DNA of 63,978 bases, counting the filler, from Basidioascus undulatus (lineage: Eukaryota), in assembly GCA_000826855.1 (NCBI GenBank). It is 4 parts of 4 records of this genome, joined end to end, with 100 filler letters (N's around TTAATTAATTAA, not from the genome) between each part and the next. Parts side by side here need not be neighbours in the genome. Positions count along the whole stretch, not along the records: positions 53,098 to 63,978 come from JTLS01001071.1; 3 more parts are not named here. The stretch is one strand, 5' to 3'. The translations under genes and the position numbers were made by a program. Every line of letters starts with the position of its first letter. Positions within the stretch are counted from its first letter, which is position 1. Shown here piece after piece: positions 61,793 through 63,978 of this stretch. The notes beneath the pieces were generated by a model. It saw nothing but the letters and a program-made list of their open reading frames with translations, did no database searches and was not told the DNA's origin.

Positions 61793-62530
61793 TTACAAAA
61801 GCGCAACGCCGAGCGCGACGACCACCACCGGGACGAACGACATGGCGGGAAGAACAGAGACGGCCGTGTTGTCAGAAGAACCTTCTCCGACGGCGGTGGA
61901 CGATGGCTTGGACGCCGATGACGGGGTCTGCGCCGAGCTCGAGGAAGAAGCAGAGGTCGTCGTCGGAAGGTCAAGCGACGCTCCGCCGGCGCAGGCGGCC
62001 TTGATATCGGTCACTGGGATAGAGACGAGTTGCCCAATGGCTCGCTCAGCATCGGTGACAAGACAGTTTATGGAGGAGGTGAGAGGATGGGTGGCGTGAC
62101 GCACGTAGAACGTCCGTATACACCGCGCACTGGAAGCAGGCCAGGTTCCCTTCGACGGCGGCGAAGTGGCAGACGCAGTACGTGTAGTATTCGTAGATCT
62201 GGGTTTCCTCGCAGGACTAGGTAGAACATGCCACCATTGAGCCACACTCAGCAAAAAGCACCGTTCGAGCCGCCCACAAGCAAGATCAGGACAGACCGCG
62301 AGCACCGACTGCTGAGCGGTGCTGCACTGGCTCTGACACTTGTCGACCTGGCGCTTGCCGAACCGCCCGAGATCAGACAGCTCGGTCTTGGTCTGCGCCG
62401 CCGAAGCGAAGGTGACTGCATACTCAGAACCTGTGGTAAGACGCAAGACCTCACGAGCGCATCCAGGCCACGCACAAAGACCGTCGAAGCAGACCGCAAG
62501 AACGAGGAGAAGGCTGGACGCGCGGCGCAT
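61793..62530 (-). CDS. Cys-rich secreted, probably GPI-anchored cell-surface protein
   Basis: Signal peptide, KR-Q site, Cys-rich domain (C...C, YCVC..ACFQC, C), Ser/Thr-rich stalk and hydrophobic C-terminus FVPVVVVALGVALL*. Confidence 0.75.
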   Translation of the reverse strand: MRRASSLLLVLAVCFDGLCAWPGCAREVLRLTTGSEYAVTFASAAQTKTELSDLGRFGKRQVDKCQSQCSTAQQSVLAVCPDLACGRLERCFLLSVAQWWHVLPSPARKPRSTNTTRTASATSPPSKGTWPASSARCIRTFYVRHATHPLTSSINCLVTDAERAIGQLVSIPVTDIKAACAGGASLDLPTTTSASSSSSAQTPSSASKPSSTAVGEGSSDNTAVSVLPAMSFVPVVVVALGVALL

Positions 62531-63333
62531 GTCGTCGTGGCTGTAGCAACGAACAGGTGGATGTTACAGTTCAGTTGTATTGTGGAATGAAAGTGAGCAG
62601 TTTGGAGGGAAGACGGTAAAAAAAGCTGAGAGTAGGAGTGAGAGTCGGCGGAGGGGTTTTATGCGCGAAGCAGCAGATGCGGACGCAACGAGGCAACGGG
62701 GGATCAGATGGATGGGGCACGGCTGAGTGTGTGCGCATGGAGGACTCTTGCTTGGCAGCAGCTTGCGTGTGGCGGCGGACGCTCCTCGTCCCGCTTTCCT
62801 TCCAGCCAATTTGAAATGATACATTCCCAGAAAACCAATCAGACCCCAATTTACACAAATACCAGTGATTCTCGCTGGCTCAATTCGGCTGTTGTATGGC
62901 TCGAGGACCAGCTCGGTGAGAAGACCAACGCGCATTGCGCAATTTGGCGCTCCCTTCGCCCCCCCGCGAAAAAAGGAACGCTTCTTGCGTGGCGCTGTTC
63001 CTGCCCCACACTCCCCACACATCTTGACCACCCACCCTCATCACCTCCTCCTCCTCCTCCTGCCGCCTCTTCCATCCGAATTCCTAGGCCCTTCCACCTC
63101 CTAGTCTCACACAGACCAAGGAGCATCCGCCCCCGACAGTCTTTACGGCCGGCGCCGAATCCCCCAGTTCCGCATAGACACAGGCAGGCGCACACTTTGC
63201 TACACGCCTTCAACAGATCGTCCGTTACAGCTTGGACAGCAACAGCAGCAGCACAGCAGCATATAGAATCCGGCTCTTCTCTCTCTCGCTCTCGCTCGCT
63301 CTTTTGCATTTAGAGGAAGTATAGATTATCAAG

Positions 63334-63978
63334 AGTGCGTGGATCCCTCTTCCATCTTTCGCAGTGGCCAGTCTGACGATGTCACACAGTGGCCCTCACC
63401 GAGCTCGAGCTTCTCCTCGCGCGCCTTAACCTGCCCGCCTCGACGCCCCCGGCGAAGCTGCTCTCGATCCTCCATTCGGCGCAGCAACAGCCCGCCGAGC
63501 CCGCGTCGCTCTCCACGCTCCCCTCCGAGCTGCTCAGCTCCATCCTTACGCACCTCCCGCAGTCCTCCCTGCGCGCCTTGCACCTCACCTCCTCGCACCT
63601 CTGCGCGCACGCCACCGCGCACCTCTTTCACTCCGTGCGGATCGCCTCCCCGGCAGACATCCCCCTCCTTCACCACATCGCACACCAGCCGCGCTCGTCC
63701 GTCGCGCGAGCCGTGCGCGACCTGCACGTCGCCCTCGCGGGCTTCCCGGCAGGCGCGGAGGACGAGGTGGATGACCTTTTGCGCCGCGCCCTGCCGGGCT
63801 TGCGGAAGCTGCGCGCGTTTGCGTACACGTGCGCGGGGAAGGCGCAGACGCTGGGGGATGAGGAGTGGAGCCTGTTTCTTAAGACGGGCGAGACGCCGCG
63901 CCGGGCGGCGGAGGACGGCGTCCCTGTGGGGCTGGTCGACCTCCTCGGGGATAGGGTGCAGGGCCTGGAGCTGAGCGT
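63334..63978 (+). CDS. F-box protein (3' truncated by window end)
   Basis: LSTLPSELLSSILTHLPQSSLRALHLTSSHL...LFHSV F-box, then AVRDLHV and LPGLRKLRAF LRR-like segments. Start codon inferred as A|TG across intron 63335-63389. Confidence 0.8.

Overview
Eukaryotic, GC-rich, very intron-dense fungal DNA. Short GT-AG introns, GTGCGT/GTGAGT donors and the gene families point to a basidiomycete. The window is four separate contigs joined by artificial 100-nt N/TTAATTAATTAA linkers (10904-11003, 42004-42103, 52998-53097), so adjacency across linkers has no meaning. The ORF track misses most real genes because they are spliced. Genes I assembled by hand: arrestin-fold protein, DDHD phospholipase A1, M17 leucine aminopeptidase, MFS transporter, Hsp12, old yellow enzyme, frataxin (partial), NFU1, HEI10-like RING ligase, a GPI-anchored Cys-rich protein, an F-box protein, tRNA-Asp and a damaged tRNA-Asn. 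The most notable feature is a 5-exon, 87-aa secreted Kex2-processed repeat precursor (3849-4403, minus). It would release two near-identical Trp-terminated peptides (NEPS[W]GLPGDMRGGKTW), each encoded by its own duplicated exon. The window also holds many decayed genes: a subtilisin inside a triplicated cassette with I9-inhibitor-like copies, a PL4 rhamnogalacturonan lyase and several F-box relics. All family assignments are by motif recognition from memory, not database searches.
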